DNA of 64,000 bases from Gammaproteobacteria bacterium. GTDB taxonomy: Bacteria > Pseudomonadota > Gammaproteobacteria > QNFE01. A program made the position numbers and the translations under genes. How positions within the stretch are numbered: position 1 is the first letter of the stretch; every line of letters starts with the position of its first letter. A model generated the notes under the pieces. The model was not told the DNA's origin. It saw nothing but the letters and a program-made list of their open reading frames with translations, and made no database searches. Location: positions 1,442 through 65,441 of the forward strand of contig QNFE01000003.1 in the NCBI GenBank assembly GCA_003645455.1, read 5' to 3'. Positions 27,352-37,490 of this stretch are shown here, piece by piece.

Positions 27352-29241
27352 ATGACATACAAAGAAGAATATCAAAATTCTTTACAAAATTCTATTAGAT
27401 TTTGGCAAGAAAAATCTGCTGATTTACCTTGGTATCAAAAACCATCAGAGGTTGCATTAAAGGACGATGGAGGTATCCATCACTGGTTTGCAGATTCAAA
27501 AATGAATACCTGTTATATGGCAGTGGATTATCATTGTGAAAATGGCAGAAGCTCACAAGATGCTTTGATTTATGATTCGGCGGTAAGTGGTAAATCTACC
27601 CGATACACCTATGGCGAATTAAAACAAGAGGTCGCAAAAACAGCTGGAATGTTGGTAGAATTGGGGGTCAAAAAAGGTGATAGAGTTGTCCTATATATGC
27701 CAATGATTGCAGAATCTGCTATTGCTATGTTGGCATGTAGCAGAATTGGAGCTGTGCATTGTGTTGTTTTTGGTGGTTTTGCAGCCCCCGAGCTTGCTTC
27801 GCGAATTGATGATTGCACCCCTGTAATAATTTTAAGTGCCTCTTGTGGGGTTGAGGTTAATAAAATAATCCCTTATAAGCCTATCTTAGATAATGCTTTA
27901 AAATTATCATCTCATCAACCTCTAAAATCTGTGGTTTTAGTGCGTGATGAGTTGGAAGATATGCCAGTGCCTGAGATGGTAGATGGTTTTGATGTGGATT
28001 GGCATTCTTTAAAAACCATCGCAAAACCTGTGGATTGTGTGCCTGTTCGTGGCGATGATTTGTTATATATTCTTTATACCTCTGGCACAACTGGAAAACC
28101 TAAGGGTGTGACACGTGAAAGTGGCGGTCATGCTGTGGCGATGAAATATTCAATGAAAGCCATTTATGATATGAATCCAGGTGATGTATTCTGGGCGGCC
28201 TCTGATGTAGGTTGGGTGGTAGGGCATTCATACATAGTTTATGCCCCTCTGTTACAAGGATGCACGAGTATTTTTTATGAGGGAAAACCGATAATGACTC
28301 CTGATGCAGGTAGTTTTTGGCGGATAATTGAAGATTATAAAGTCAAAGCCTTATTTACAGCACCGACAGCTTTTCGGGCAATTAAAAAAGAAGACCCAGA
28401 TGGAAAACTGATTAAAAAATACAATATATCAAGTTTAGAAAAAATCTTTGCCGCAGGCGAGAGATTGGACCCACCAACCTATGACTGGTTGGTTGAAAAA
28501 ACTGGCAAACCAGTATTTGATCACTGGTGGCAAACCGAGACCGGCTGGGCGATTGTAGCTAATATGACAGGAATTGAAGAGATGCCTGTAAAGCCTGGTT
28601 CATCAACCGTGCCAACTCCTGGTTTTGATATTAGAATTTTAGATGATAAAGGTGTTGAATTACCGACAGGGGAGCAGGGAAATATCTGTATAAAACTACC
28701 ATTGCCGCCGAGCTGTTTAACAAAAATTTACGGTGATGATAATAGGTTTTATAATGAATATCTATCAAGATTTAAAGGGTATTATTCAAGTGGTGATGGC
28801 GGTTACTTTGACGAAGACGGTTATTTATTTATTATGGGTAGAACTGATGATGTTATCAATATATCAGGACACAGACTATCAACAGGTGAGATGGAAGAGA
28901 TAGTAGCCAAACATAAAAGTGTAGCAGAGTGTGCCGTAGTTGGAATAAACGACAAGCTAAAAGGACAGATTCCCTTAGGTTTTGTCGTTTTAAAAGCAGG
29001 TGAAAATATAACCTATCAAAAACTTATGCATGATTTGGTGCAAATGGTGCGATCGGATATAGGAGCGGTGGCTTGTTATAAAAAAACCATCATAGTGAAA
29101 CGGTTACCAAAAACCAGATCTGGTAAAATTTTACGAAAAACGATGCGTCAAATGGTGGACGGTGATGAATATATTGTGCCATCCACGATTGATGACCCTG
29201 CTATAATAAACGAAATAGAATTAAAAATCAGAGCAGTTTGA
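27352..29241 (+). CDS. prpE: Propionyl-CoA synthetase (AMP-forming acyl-CoA synthetase)
   Basis: YILYTSGTTGKPKG, DVGWVVGHSY, DHWWQTETG, LPKTRSGKILR. Confidence 0.85.
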   Translation: MTYKEEYQNSLQNSIRFWQEKSADLPWYQKPSEVALKDDGGIHHWFADSKMNTCYMAVDYHCENGRSSQDALIYDSAVSGKSTRYTYGELKQEVAKTAGMLVELGVKKGDRVVLYMPMIAESAIAMLACSRIGAVHCVVFGGFAAPELASRIDDCTPVIILSASCGVEVNKIIPYKPILDNALKLSSHQPLKSVVLVRDELEDMPVPEMVDGFDVDWHSLKTIAKPVDCVPVRGDDLLYILYTSGTTGKPKGVTRESGGHAVAMKYSMKAIYDMNPGDVFWAASDVGWVVGHSYIVYAPLLQGCTSIFYEGKPIMTPDAGSFWRIIEDYKVKALFTAPTAFRAIKKEDPDGKLIKKYNISSLEKIFAAGERLDPPTYDWLVEKTGKPVFDHWWQTETGWAIVANMTGIEEMPVKPGSSTVPTPGFDIRILDDKGVELPTGEQGNICIKLPLPPSCLTKIYGDDNRFYNEYLSRFKGYYSSGDGGYFDEDGYLFIMGRTDDVINISGHRLSTGEMEEIVAKHKSVAECAVVGINDKLKGQIPLGFVVLKAGENITYQKLMHDLVQMVRSDIGAVACYKKTIIVKRLPKTRSGKILRKTMRQMVDGDEYIVPSTIDDPAIINEIELKIRAV

Positions 29242-29274
29242 TTACCTACTAAGCAATTGAATTCAATCTTTGTT

Positions 29275-29408
29275 TGGGGACTTATGGATAACTTCCTAAC
29301 TACGGAAGTTATATTTTAATTTTATATTATAAACAATTGATTTTAAGGTATAAAAATTGTAAAAGCAAAATGCTGCTTCCGAAAACATAGGTTAATCAAG
29401 GGCTTCTT
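29275..29408. repeat. Probable further hairpin/MITE-like element
   Basis: ggggacttatggataacttcctaactacggaag ... cttccgaaaacataggttaatcaagggcttct, imperfect inverted ends. Confidence 0.45.
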
Positions 29409-29489
29409 TGTAAAAATTTGAATGATTGATGCTTGAATTATGTAAAAATCTTATATATAATATGCAGTTTTTAAATTGATACCGATATT

Positions 29490-30164
29490 ATGAATAATTA
29501 TTTATCTGGAGTCTTTGGCTCCTCTCCTATAAGTCCACTACAAGCACATATGGCAAAAGTTCAAGATGCCATAACATTGTTATCTGAATTTTTTGATGTT
29601 GTTATAATGCAAGATTTTGAATCTGCTGAAAAAATTAAAATTCAAATATCTGAATGTGAAAAAGAGGCAGATTTTATGAAAAAAAAAATAAGACTTAATT
29701 TGCCGAAAGGTCTTTTTATGCCATTTGCTCGTGCTGATCTTTTGAATGTTTTGCTGATGCAGGATAGAATCGCTAATAAAGCCAAAGATATAGCAGGAAT
29801 AGTGGTCGCTCGTAGAATCATAATCCCTAAAAAAATTGATAAAAAATTTTTAAAATTTGTAAATAAATGTATAAATGCCTCAGCTCAGGCAAAAAAAGCT
29901 ATTGATGAATTGGACGAATTAGTTACCGCAGGTTTTCGTGGTAATGAGGTAAAAATTGTTAAAAAAATGTTAAATAAATTGGATAAAATAGAATCAGATG
30001 CTGACAAAAAAGAGGCAACGATTCGTAATATTTTATTTATAATTGAAAAAACATTAGACCCCATTGAGGTTATTTTTCTGTATAAAATAATAGAAGATAC
30101 CGGTGAATTAGCGGACTTGTCTCAAAGAGTTGGCAGTCGTTTGCAATTGATGTTAGCTAAATAA
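29490..30164 (+). CDS. DUF47/TIGR00153 phosphate transport regulator
   Basis: FGSSPISPLQAH, EKEAD, LPKGLFMP..RADLL, QDRIAN; upstream of a PiT gene. Confidence 0.88.
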   Translation: MNNYLSGVFGSSPISPLQAHMAKVQDAITLLSEFFDVVIMQDFESAEKIKIQISECEKEADFMKKKIRLNLPKGLFMPFARADLLNVLLMQDRIANKAKDIAGIVVARRIIIPKKIDKKFLKFVNKCINASAQAKKAIDELDELVTAGFRGNEVKIVKKMLNKLDKIESDADKKEATIRNILFIIEKTLDPIEVIFLYKIIEDTGELADLSQRVGSRLQLMLAK

Positions 30165-30186
30165 CAAAACAACAATATAAAATACT

Positions 30187-31449
30187 ATGGAAAATACATA
30201 TCTTATTTTAATTTTGGTTGCCACTTTTGGAATTTTTATGGCATGGGGTATAGGGGCGAATGATGTAGCAAACGCTATGGGAACCTCAGTAGGAGCAGGG
30301 GCTTTAACAATCAAACAGGCTATAATAGTCGCAGCTATTTTTGAGTTTTCAGGGGCATATCTGGCAGGGGGGGAGGTTACCAAAACTATCCGCAAAGGAA
30401 TCGTTGATGTTGGTTTATTAAATAGCTCGCCTGATTTGTTGGTGTATGGAATGCTTGCCGCTTTGCTTGCCGCAGGCACTTGGTTATTGATTGCCTCAAA
30501 ACTTGGTTGGCCGGTCTCAACTACCCATTCAATTGTCGGTGCTATTATAGGTTTTGCGGTCGTGGGAATTTCAGTTGATGCCGTGCAATGGAGCAAAGTA
30601 GTTGATATTATGCTAAGTTGGGTAATCACCCCATTGATAGCAGGAATATTATCTTTTTTGATTTTCAGATCTGTCCAAAAACTAATCTTAGATACCAAGC
30701 ACCCATTTAAAAATGCGAAAAAATATGTTCCGATATATATGTTTCTCGCGGGCTTTGTTATATCTCTTGTGACGTTATTTAAAGGCTTAAAACATATTGG
30801 TTTACATACAACACTTTGGCAAAATTATCTAATTGCCACAGGGGTTGGCTTGTTGATTATGTTAGTTGGCACATATTTTATTCGTAAAATCCATATAGAT
30901 AAAGAGGCAGATAGAGAATATCATTTCACAAGCATTGAAAAAATATTTGGAGTTTTAATGGTGATTACAGCATCGGCTATGGCTTTTGCTCACGGCTCAA
31001 ATGATGTAGCTAATGCCGTAGGTCCTGTGGCAGCTGTGGTAAGCATCGTGCAAAATGCAGGAGAAGTAGGACAAAAATCAGTAATGCCGGCATGGGTGCT
31101 GTTGCTCGGTGGCGCAGGAATAGTCATAGGGCTTGCCACTTACGGACACAAAGTTATGGCAACTATTGGCAAAAAAATTACCGAACTTACTCCAAGCCGT
31201 GGTTTTGCCGCCGAGTTATCCGCAGCCTCAACTGTTGTTGTAGCATCAGGTTTTGGTTTGCCAATTTCAACCACTCAAACGCTCGTAGGTGCGGTGTTGG
31301 GGGTAGGTTTTGCTCGTGGGTTGGCAGCTTTGAATCTTGGTGTTGTCCGCTCAATTTTTATGTCATGGGCTATCACACTGCCCGCAGGTGCAATCCTTGC
31401 TATTATTTTCTTTTTCATTTTGAAAAGCATAGGTTTTGCAAGTTTTTAA
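30187..31449 (+). CDS. Inorganic phosphate transporter (PiT family)
   Basis: GANDVANAMGTSVG, PVSTTH, HGSNDVANA. Confidence 0.93.
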   Translation: MENTYLILILVATFGIFMAWGIGANDVANAMGTSVGAGALTIKQAIIVAAIFEFSGAYLAGGEVTKTIRKGIVDVGLLNSSPDLLVYGMLAALLAAGTWLLIASKLGWPVSTTHSIVGAIIGFAVVGISVDAVQWSKVVDIMLSWVITPLIAGILSFLIFRSVQKLILDTKHPFKNAKKYVPIYMFLAGFVISLVTLFKGLKHIGLHTTLWQNYLIATGVGLLIMLVGTYFIRKIHIDKEADREYHFTSIEKIFGVLMVITASAMAFAHGSNDVANAVGPVAAVVSIVQNAGEVGQKSVMPAWVLLLGGAGIVIGLATYGHKVMATIGKKITELTPSRGFAAELSAASTVVVASGFGLPISTTQTLVGAVLGVGFARGLAALNLGVVRSIFMSWAITLPAGAILAIIFFFILKSIGFASF

Positions 31450-31487
31450 AATATGCTACTTTATAACAAGAGGACACGCTACCTTGT

Positions 31488-31572
31488 GGAAGCCCTGATT
31501 AACTACTAACAAGGGGACATGTCCCCTTGCTAAAATGTATTTATTATTTATTCTTATAATTATTAGAGCTTT
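31488..31572. repeat. Hairpin element containing the 20-bp palindrome CAAGGGGACATGTCCCCTTG (31510-31529)
   Basis: Perfect palindrome also at 60388, 60620 and 62562; weak inverted ends ggaagccctgattaa / ttattagagcttt. Confidence 0.6.
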
Positions 31573-31603
31573 ATTACCAAATCTTTCTTTTAATAAAAAA
31601 ATT

Positions 31604-32785
31604 ATGTCAAAAAAATTAAAAATAGCCGTTGCTGGCACAGGGTATGTAGGTTTATCAAATGGGATTTTATTAAGTCAATATAACAAAGTTGTAGCCCTTG
31701 ATATCGTTGCTGAAAAAATAACTATGTTAAACCTGGGCATCTGTCCGATCGAAGATGACAGGATGCAAAAAATATTACCACAGCTTATCAACAAATCTTT
31801 TTTTGCCACCCTTGACAAAAAAGAAGCTTATAAAAATGCAGATTTTGTTATTATAGCCACTCCCACAGACTATGACCCCGATACTAATTATTTTAATACC
31901 TCATCGATTGAGTCTGTTATACGGGATGTTTTATCAATCAATCCTGGGACAATAATGGTTATTAAATCCACGGTTCCCGTAGGTTATACCAAATCAATCA
32001 AAGACAAATTTAACACCAAAAATATAATATTCTCGCCAGAGTTTTTGCGAGAAGGGCAAGCATTATATGATAACTTATATCCCAGTAGAATAATAATAGG
32101 AGAGAGATCAAAACGAGCAGAGCAATTTGCAGGTTTATTAACACAAGCGGCAAAAAAAGAAAATATTCAAGTTTTATATACCCACAACACGGAGGCTGAG
32201 GCAATCAAACTTTTTGCCAACACTTATCTGGCGATGAGGGTAGCATATTTTAATGAGTTAGATTCTTATGCTTTAACTCATAACTTAGATAGCAAACAAA
32301 TTATCGAAGGGGTAGGTTTGGATCCAAGAATAGGCATGCACTACAATAACCCAAGCTTTGGTTATGGTGGTTACTGTTTGCCAAAAGACACCAAACAATT
32401 ATTAGCAAACTATAAAGATGTGCCCTCAAATATGATAGAGGCCATAGTCAATGCCAACTCCACTCGTAAAGATTTTATCGCAAATTCCATTACCAAACAA
32501 AATCCAAAAATAGTGGGTGTTTACAGGCTTACCATGAAATCAGATAGTGATAATTTTAGAAGCTCGGCGATTCAAGGCATAATGAAAAGAATCAAATCTC
32601 GAGGCATTGAAGTTATAATCTATGAACCCGCCTTAGAAGACAGTCAATTTTTTAATTCCAAAGTTATTAAAAAACTTGCTGAATTTAAAGAAAAAAGCGA
32701 TATAATAATAACTAATAGATTGGAGGATGATATAAGTGATGTCCGACATAAGGTTTTTACCCGTGATATTTTTAATAAAGATTAA
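31604..32785 (+). CDS. ugd: UDP-glucose 6-dehydrogenase
   Basis: [38 protein letters not shown]. Confidence 0.95.
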   Translation: MSKKLKIAVAGTGYVGLSNGILLSQYNKVVALDIVAEKITMLNLGICPIEDDRMQKILPQLINKSFFATLDKKEAYKNADFVIIATPTDYDPDTNYFNTSSIESVIRDVLSINPGTIMVIKSTVPVGYTKSIKDKFNTKNIIFSPEFLREGQALYDNLYPSRIIIGERSKRAEQFAGLLTQAAKKENIQVLYTHNTEAEAIKLFANTYLAMRVAYFNELDSYALTHNLDSKQIIEGVGLDPRIGMHYNNPSFGYGGYCLPKDTKQLLANYKDVPSNMIEAIVNANSTRKDFIANSITKQNPKIVGVYRLTMKSDSDNFRSSAIQGIMKRIKSRGIEVIIYEPALEDSQFFNSKVIKKLAEFKEKSDIIITNRLEDDISDVRHKVFTRDIFNKD

Positions 32786-32825
32786 AGTTCCACCAAAACA
32801 AACAAATAAAATAAAATAAAAACCC

Positions 32826-32960
32826 CCGTCATTGCGAGCGTAGCGCGGCAATCTCCTAGGGCAGACGGACACCCAAAGAGACTGCCACGGCATCCTGCCT
32901 CGCAGTGACGGTATATTTTAAGAGACTGCCACACTGCACTTCGTTGCATTGCTGTGACAG
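32826..32960. repeat. Cluster of GTCATTGCGAG-family palindromes
   Basis: gtcattgcgagcgtagcgcggcaatctc...gagactgccacg...ctcgcagtgac, plus a second right arm. Confidence 0.85.
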
Positions 32961-32997
32961 AGTTTTTTCGGAGAGATTGTCGTGCAAAAAACACATA

Positions 32998-33024
32998 AAA
33001 AAAGCCGTGTTAGCACGGCTTTTT
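32998..33024. terminator. Bidirectional intrinsic terminator
   Basis: aaaaaagccgtg-ttag-cacggcttttt between convergent genes. Confidence 0.85.
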
Positions 33025-33049
33025 AACTTAACTTTTTAACTCAACTTTA

Positions 33050-33706
33050 TTAAAAATACTTAGCTATTCCAATGGTTAAATCAAGACCACCACCATCAAC
33101 TGTTTCGGTATCTGAGCTTGTGTAACTAACTCCATCTGTTGTAAAAGTGTCCTCTTCGTTATATTTTACACTATAGAACTTAGCACCCATATTTAAATGC
33201 AAGCCAGGTTGTAACTTTTTAACATATTCAGCAGTTATATGAAAACCTGTGGCAGTCTCATATTTTTGTTCATATTTTTTAAAACCAACTATGTTAGCAT
33301 TGTCAAATGTCATCTCCAATTTGCCGGCAGAATACATTCCTAAACCACCACCAAATCTTAACAGAGATTTATCATCAATAGTTTTTTTGTATTTTAGAGT
33401 GAACAACATCAAATTACGCGAAAAATCGCCTGTGGCATTAGATACTGGAGTCATGCTACTTTTTTGTGTTCCAAGTGATAATTCAAAATCAAGCATAGGG
33501 TTGATAACATAACCGACATTCAAACCAAAACCCACACCACCACCTGCTGATAGAGTTATATCATCACCTGCTGTGGTTGTGCCGATTTTATCTTCTTTCG
33601 TGCCAAAACCAACTGCAAAATCACCACCTACATAAAATTTTGCATCTTCGGCATACAAACCACCTGCAAAACCTAACAACATCAAACCTACTAATATTCT
33701 TTTCAT
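33050..33706 (-). CDS. Outer membrane beta-barrel protein (OmpW/OmpA-like)
   Basis: Signal peptide; alternating beta strands; C-terminal IGIAKYF. Confidence 0.8.
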   Translation of the reverse strand: MKRILVGLMLLGFAGGLYAEDAKFYVGGDFAVGFGTKEDKIGTTTAGDDITLSAGGGVGFGLNVGYVINPMLDFELSLGTQKSSMTPVSNATGDFSRNLMLFTLKYKKTIDDKSLLRFGGGLGMYSAGKLEMTFDNANIVGFKKYEQKYETATGFHITAEYVKKLQPGLHLNMGAKFYSVKYNEEDTFTTDGVSYTSSDTETVDGGGLDLTIGIAKYF

Positions 33707-33813
33707 AATAAAAATTCCTTTAAAGATTGATTGCCATAAAAAAGGTTAAAAATAACAACAGTTTGGCAATCAAAAAAAACTGTTGTTGTTGTCATAAAAA
33801 ATAATCCCGTCAT
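33707..33813 (-). promoter_or_regulatory. Conserved 5' leader, copy 1 (hairpin with possible pseudoknot)
   Basis: Near-identical to 34465-34565; on the minus strand the loop ttgattgcca is complementary to downstream tggcaatcaa just before the SD. Confidence 0.6.
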
Positions 33814-34023
33814 AACGAGTGACAAAAACCTCGTCATTGCGAGCGAGCTTGCGAGCGTGGCAATCTTTTGGGGTTTGTCCTGTCTTGTTTGCAGGTCTAA
33901 TAGCACCCCAAGAGATTGCTTCGTCGCTACCGCTCCTCGCAATGACGGGACTCTATTAAGAGATAACCACGGCGGATAATTGCTCCGTGTTTCATCCTTT
34001 CTCCGTCTGCCTCGTTATGACGG
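33806..34023. repeat. Cluster of GTCATTGCGAG-family palindromes
   Basis: Complete element gtcattgcgag...ctcgcaatgac, plus a right half of the 153-bp element. Confidence 0.85.
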
Positions 34024-34029
34024 ATATTT

Positions 34030-34464
34030 TTATTTTGATTTTATTAATTTGCTTTCAAGTACACCTTTTCTACCAGTTTTTTCATCCACTATATGCAGTT
34101 TTGTTCTGGGAACAAGTATTCCCATTTTTGCTTCTTGCCAGATAAAATATAGTTTTCCTTTTAAGGCTTTGATGGTAACAGAATCTGTATTTTCAGCTAT
34201 TGACTTGACAGTGTGAGTACCTGCTGGAACTTCTTTATAAAAATAGGTATTCATTTTTGTTAAACCTATGAGTTTGTTATCTAACATGGTCTCCATTCTA
34301 TACGCTCCACCAAAAAATTCATTCCTATAAATATAAATTCCTGCCTTTTCAGCTGGTGCTTTAAAATTTTTTGCCGTATGGTCTTCCTCATCAGTTGCCA
34401 TAGGAACAGTGCTACAACCTGCAACAAAATAACCAACAAATAGTAAAAATATAATTTTTTTCAT
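34030..34464 (-). CDS. DUF2846-like lipoprotein
   Basis: MKKIIFLLFVGYFVAGC lipobox; AGIYIYRN, PAGTHTV, YFIWQEAKMG; ORF-track start extends into repeats. Confidence 0.8.
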   Translation of the reverse strand: MKKIIFLLFVGYFVAGCSTVPMATDEEDHTAKNFKAPAEKAGIYIYRNEFFGGAYRMETMLDNKLIGLTKMNTYFYKEVPAGTHTVKSIAENTDSVTIKALKGKLYFIWQEAKMGILVPRTKLHIVDEKTGRKGVLESKLIKSK

Positions 34465-34565
34465 AATATAATTCCTCAAAAATTGATTGCTATAAAAAGT
34501 TAAAAACGACAACAGTTGGCAATCAAAAAAACTGTTATTGTTGTCATAAAAAATAATCTCGTCAT
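34465..34565 (-). promoter_or_regulatory. Conserved 5' leader, copy 2
   Basis: Same hairpin; loop ttgattgc complementary to downstream gcaatcaa. Confidence 0.6.
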
Positions 34566-34597
34566 TACCTAACTTATACAATTGCGAGCAACAGAAT

Positions 34598-34960
34598 CCC
34601 GTCATTGCGAGGAACGAAGAGACAAAGCAATCTCTTTGGGTAAAAAGAGAGACTGCCACGCTCGCAGTGACGAAAACCCCCGTCATTGCGAGGAACGAAG
34701 CAATCTCATAAGGTCAGACGAACACCAAAGAGACTGCCACACTCGCAAGCTCGTTCGCAGTGACGGATTCTTTTAAGAGACTGCCACACTCGCAAGCTCG
34801 CTCGCAGTGACGGATTCTTTTAAGAGACTGCCACACTCGCAAGCTCGCTCGCAGTGACGGATTCTTTTAAGAGACTGCCACACTCGCAAGCTCGCTCGCA
34901 GTGACAGTATATTTTTTGCTTGCTCGCAGTGACAGTATATTTTTTGCTCGCTCGTTATAA
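34598..34960. repeat. GTCATTGCGAG-family cluster with a 47-bp tandem array
   Basis: Unit gagactgccacactcgcaagctcg(c/t)tcgcagtgacggattcttttaa at 34730, 34777, 34824 and partial 34871; no spacers. Confidence 0.9.
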
Positions 34961-34977
34961 CAAAATGATATCGTTAT

Positions 34978-35280
34978 TTAATTGCAACCATCATCTGATA
35001 TTTGATATTTTATACCGTCAGCACAGCCCAAAATAGTATAGGTTGCACTACAATAATCTTCTACCTTTTCTTTGCACCATGCAAACATTGTATCTTTGTT
35101 GCTGGTAGCAGTAGTTGTCCAGCATTGATTGAGATCATTTAGTCGTTGGCCCTCTGGGGTCTCATTTGATTCGGTGATTTTACAGGTGTTGTATGTGGTT
35201 TTACTCTCATCCTCATCTTCGTCCTCAGAGCAAGCACCAAGCATTAAAAACGGCAACAATAATAAAGTGTATTTTTTCAT
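34978..35280 (-). CDS. Small cysteine-rich lipoprotein
   Basis: MKKYTLLLLPFLMLGAC lipobox; six further Cys. Confidence 0.7.
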   Translation of the reverse strand: MKKYTLLLLPFLMLGACSEDEDEDESKTTYNTCKITESNETPEGQRLNDLNQCWTTTATSNKDTMFAWCKEKVEDYCSATYTILGCADGIKYQISDDGCN

Positions 35281-35552
35281 TATCTTATCTCCTGGGTATC
35301 ACCACAATTATAATCCGCCGAGAGTTGATTATATTCTGTGTTAATTATCTCATCGGTTTGACAAGGCATTGAGAGGGCTGAATTTATACTAAGATTTTTT
35401 AATTCATCGTTGATATAAAAACTAATATCATTATCTGTGAGATTAAAAACACTAAATGTTTTGTCTGTCCTATTTTCATCTGCCTGTATGGTAGATATAG
35501 ATAATAACAGACCAGCAAGAGTTGCAATTTTCGTTTTCATAGTAAATTTCAA
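35280..35552 (-). CDS. Small exported hypothetical protein
   Basis: Signal peptide ending IQA; stop overlaps the next start. Confidence 0.55.
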   Translation of the reverse strand: MKFTMKTKIATLAGLLLSISTIQADENRTDKTFSVFNLTDNDISFYINDELKNLSINSALSMPCQTDEIINTEYNQLSADYNCGDTQEIR

Positions 35553-35678
35553 AAGTAAAAAAGTGGATATTATATATAAATGCTATTTTTAATGCAAGTG
35601 TTTATTACCTGTAATGCTAATTTACCTTACATTTTATTGGAATATTATATATTTTTATCGGTTTAATTGGTATGTTCT

Positions 35679-36059
35679 ATGTCTTATTATCCACAACAAA
35701 AAATTCGTAATGAGTTTGCCGACAGGTTGCAAGGTGCCATTGGTAACAGCAAGTTGTCAAAACTTAATCAGACTCAACTTGCAAAAATTTTTTTAGTCAC
35801 TCGTCAGGCAGTTATGATGTGGTTAGATGGTGTTACTATGCCAAACCAAGCCCGTATGCCGATTATTGCCAAAAAACTTGGGGTATCGCTTGGCTGGTTG
35901 CGAGATGGAGCAGGGCAAATGTATGATATTGCAGTTGATATTGATAATAAAAACACAAAATCTATTAGTGCGGAGGAGTATAATCTATTGAAAAAATATC
36001 GCCTGCTTGATGATGATAATCAACAAATAATTCACAATCTTTGTAAAAAATTAAATTGA
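35679..36059 (+). CDS. XRE-family HTH transcriptional regulator
   Basis: FADRL...NQTQLAKIFLVTRQAVMMWLDGVTMP...IAKKLGVSLGWLRDG. Confidence 0.85.
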   Translation: MSYYPQQKIRNEFADRLQGAIGNSKLSKLNQTQLAKIFLVTRQAVMMWLDGVTMPNQARMPIIAKKLGVSLGWLRDGAGQMYDIAVDIDNKNTKSISAEEYNLLKKYRLLDDDNQQIIHNLCKKLN

Positions 36060-36075
36060 ATTATGCAAAGGTCTC
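36056..36075. mobile_element. Solo right end of a GAGACC-family MITE
   Basis: ttgaattatgcaaaggtctc, identical to the right ends of the copies at 44235 and 45640. Confidence 0.7.
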
Positions 36076-36088
36076 TTATAAGATTTAA

Positions 36089-36523
36089 TCATGTATTGGT
36101 TTGATAGGTTGCCAACCACTGCTCGACAATCACAACAGCACTTATTTTATCTATATCGGTTTTTTTTAATTTTTTTTTATGCAATCCTGTTTTTCTTTTT
36201 TCTATCAACATATTTTCAGCCTGATAGGAGCTTAATCGCTCATCACACATTATAGGCGTTATTTTGAAATGTTGTTCTAATTGTTGGGCGAACTTTTGGG
36301 ATAATTTTGTCATAGGTTGAGTATTGCCATCTAATTTCAAAGGCAAACCTACTAATAAAACGCCAGGATTATATGCTTTGATTATTTTTTGAATATTGTC
36401 AAATGTTTGTGGGTTGTTGAAAATGGTGGTAAGTGGTCCTGCGGTTTTGGTGATTGTATTGCCTACGGCTACTCCTATTCTTTTGGTGCCATAATCAAAA
36501 CCTATAACTGTGGCGGAACTCAT
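36089..36523 (-). CDS. ruvX: YqgF/RuvX pre-16S rRNA nuclease
   Basis: [24 protein letters not shown]. Confidence 0.93.
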   Translation of the reverse strand: MSSATVIGFDYGTKRIGVAVGNTITKTAGPLTTIFNNPQTFDNIQKIIKAYNPGVLLVGLPLKLDGNTQPMTKLSQKFAQQLEQHFKITPIMCDERLSSYQAENMLIEKRKTGLHKKKLKKTDIDKISAVVIVEQWLATYQTNT

Positions 36524-37416
36524 TTCAATAAAAATTCTACCAGTGCTTTTTGTGAAAAAAGACGATTTTGTGCCTCTGCGAATACTAAACTTTGTTTGCC
36601 ATCAATAACATCTGCGGACACCTCTTCGCCACGATGAGCGGGTAGGCAGTGCATAAAAACAGCATCGGATTTGGCAAGACTCATAATCGTATCATCAACA
36701 ATAAAATCTTTAAAATCATTTAATCGCTTTTTTTGTTCCTGCTCTTGTCCCATACTCGCCCAGACATCGGTGGCGATTAAATCAGCATTGTAAGCGGCTT
36801 TTTGGGGCTCATTAGAAACAATAACATTAGGATTATCTTGATATAATTTTTTATTTGGCTCATATCCTTTGGGTATGGCAATTTGTAATTTAAAATCAAG
36901 CAGTTTGGCAGCATTGATATAAGAATAACACATATTGTTGCCATCACCTATCCATGCAACTGTTTTGCCTTTGATGTCACCTTTGTTTTCAAAAAAAGTT
37001 TGCATATCAGCGAGCAGTTGGCAAGGATGATATTCGTCAGTCAAAGCATTGATCACAGGCACAGATGAAAAACGAGCAAATTCTTCGATATCTTGTTGAG
37101 AAAAAGTTCTAATCATAATAATATCTACCATTGAAGAGATAACCCGAGCGCTATCTTTTATTGGTTCACCTCGTCCGAGTTGTGAGTCCGCAGGGGATAA
37201 AAAAATAGTAGAACCACCCATCTGATTCATCCCGGCCTCAAAAGATACCCGGGTTCTGGTCGAGGCTTTGTCAAAAATCATCGCCATTGTTTTGCCGATT
37301 AAATACTGGTGCAAAACCCCACTTAAATGTTGTTTTTTAAGTTTGCGAGCTCGGTTAATTAGATGATAAAAATCATCTGTTGTAAGGTCTTTTAAGGATA
37401 AAAAATGTTTTAACAT
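36520..37416 (-). CDS. argF: Ornithine carbamoyltransferase
   Basis: [30 protein letters not shown]. Confidence 0.95.
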   Translation of the reverse strand: MLKHFLSLKDLTTDDFYHLINRARKLKKQHLSGVLHQYLIGKTMAMIFDKASTRTRVSFEAGMNQMGGSTIFLSPADSQLGRGEPIKDSARVISSMVDIIMIRTFSQQDIEEFARFSSVPVINALTDEYHPCQLLADMQTFFENKGDIKGKTVAWIGDGNNMCYSYINAAKLLDFKLQIAIPKGYEPNKKLYQDNPNVIVSNEPQKAAYNADLIATDVWASMGQEQEQKKRLNDFKDFIVDDTIMSLAKSDAVFMHCLPAHRGEEVSADVIDGKQSLVFAEAQNRLFSQKALVEFLLK

Positions 37417-37490
37417 AAAAAAATAGTTGTAATTTTTAAAAAAGTTTGCTATTTTACTCTTTTTTTTAAAAAATGCAAGGTTTTTATTTT

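Noticed and set aside
30153..30698. Long antisense ORFs (also 41887-42429, 43313-43753, 40834-41214 and other short ones)
   Set aside because: Shadows of well-supported genes on the opposite strand
34730..34905. 47-bp array as a second CRISPR
   Set aside because: Units are head-to-tail with no unique spacers and are right arms of the GTCATTGCGAG palindrome family
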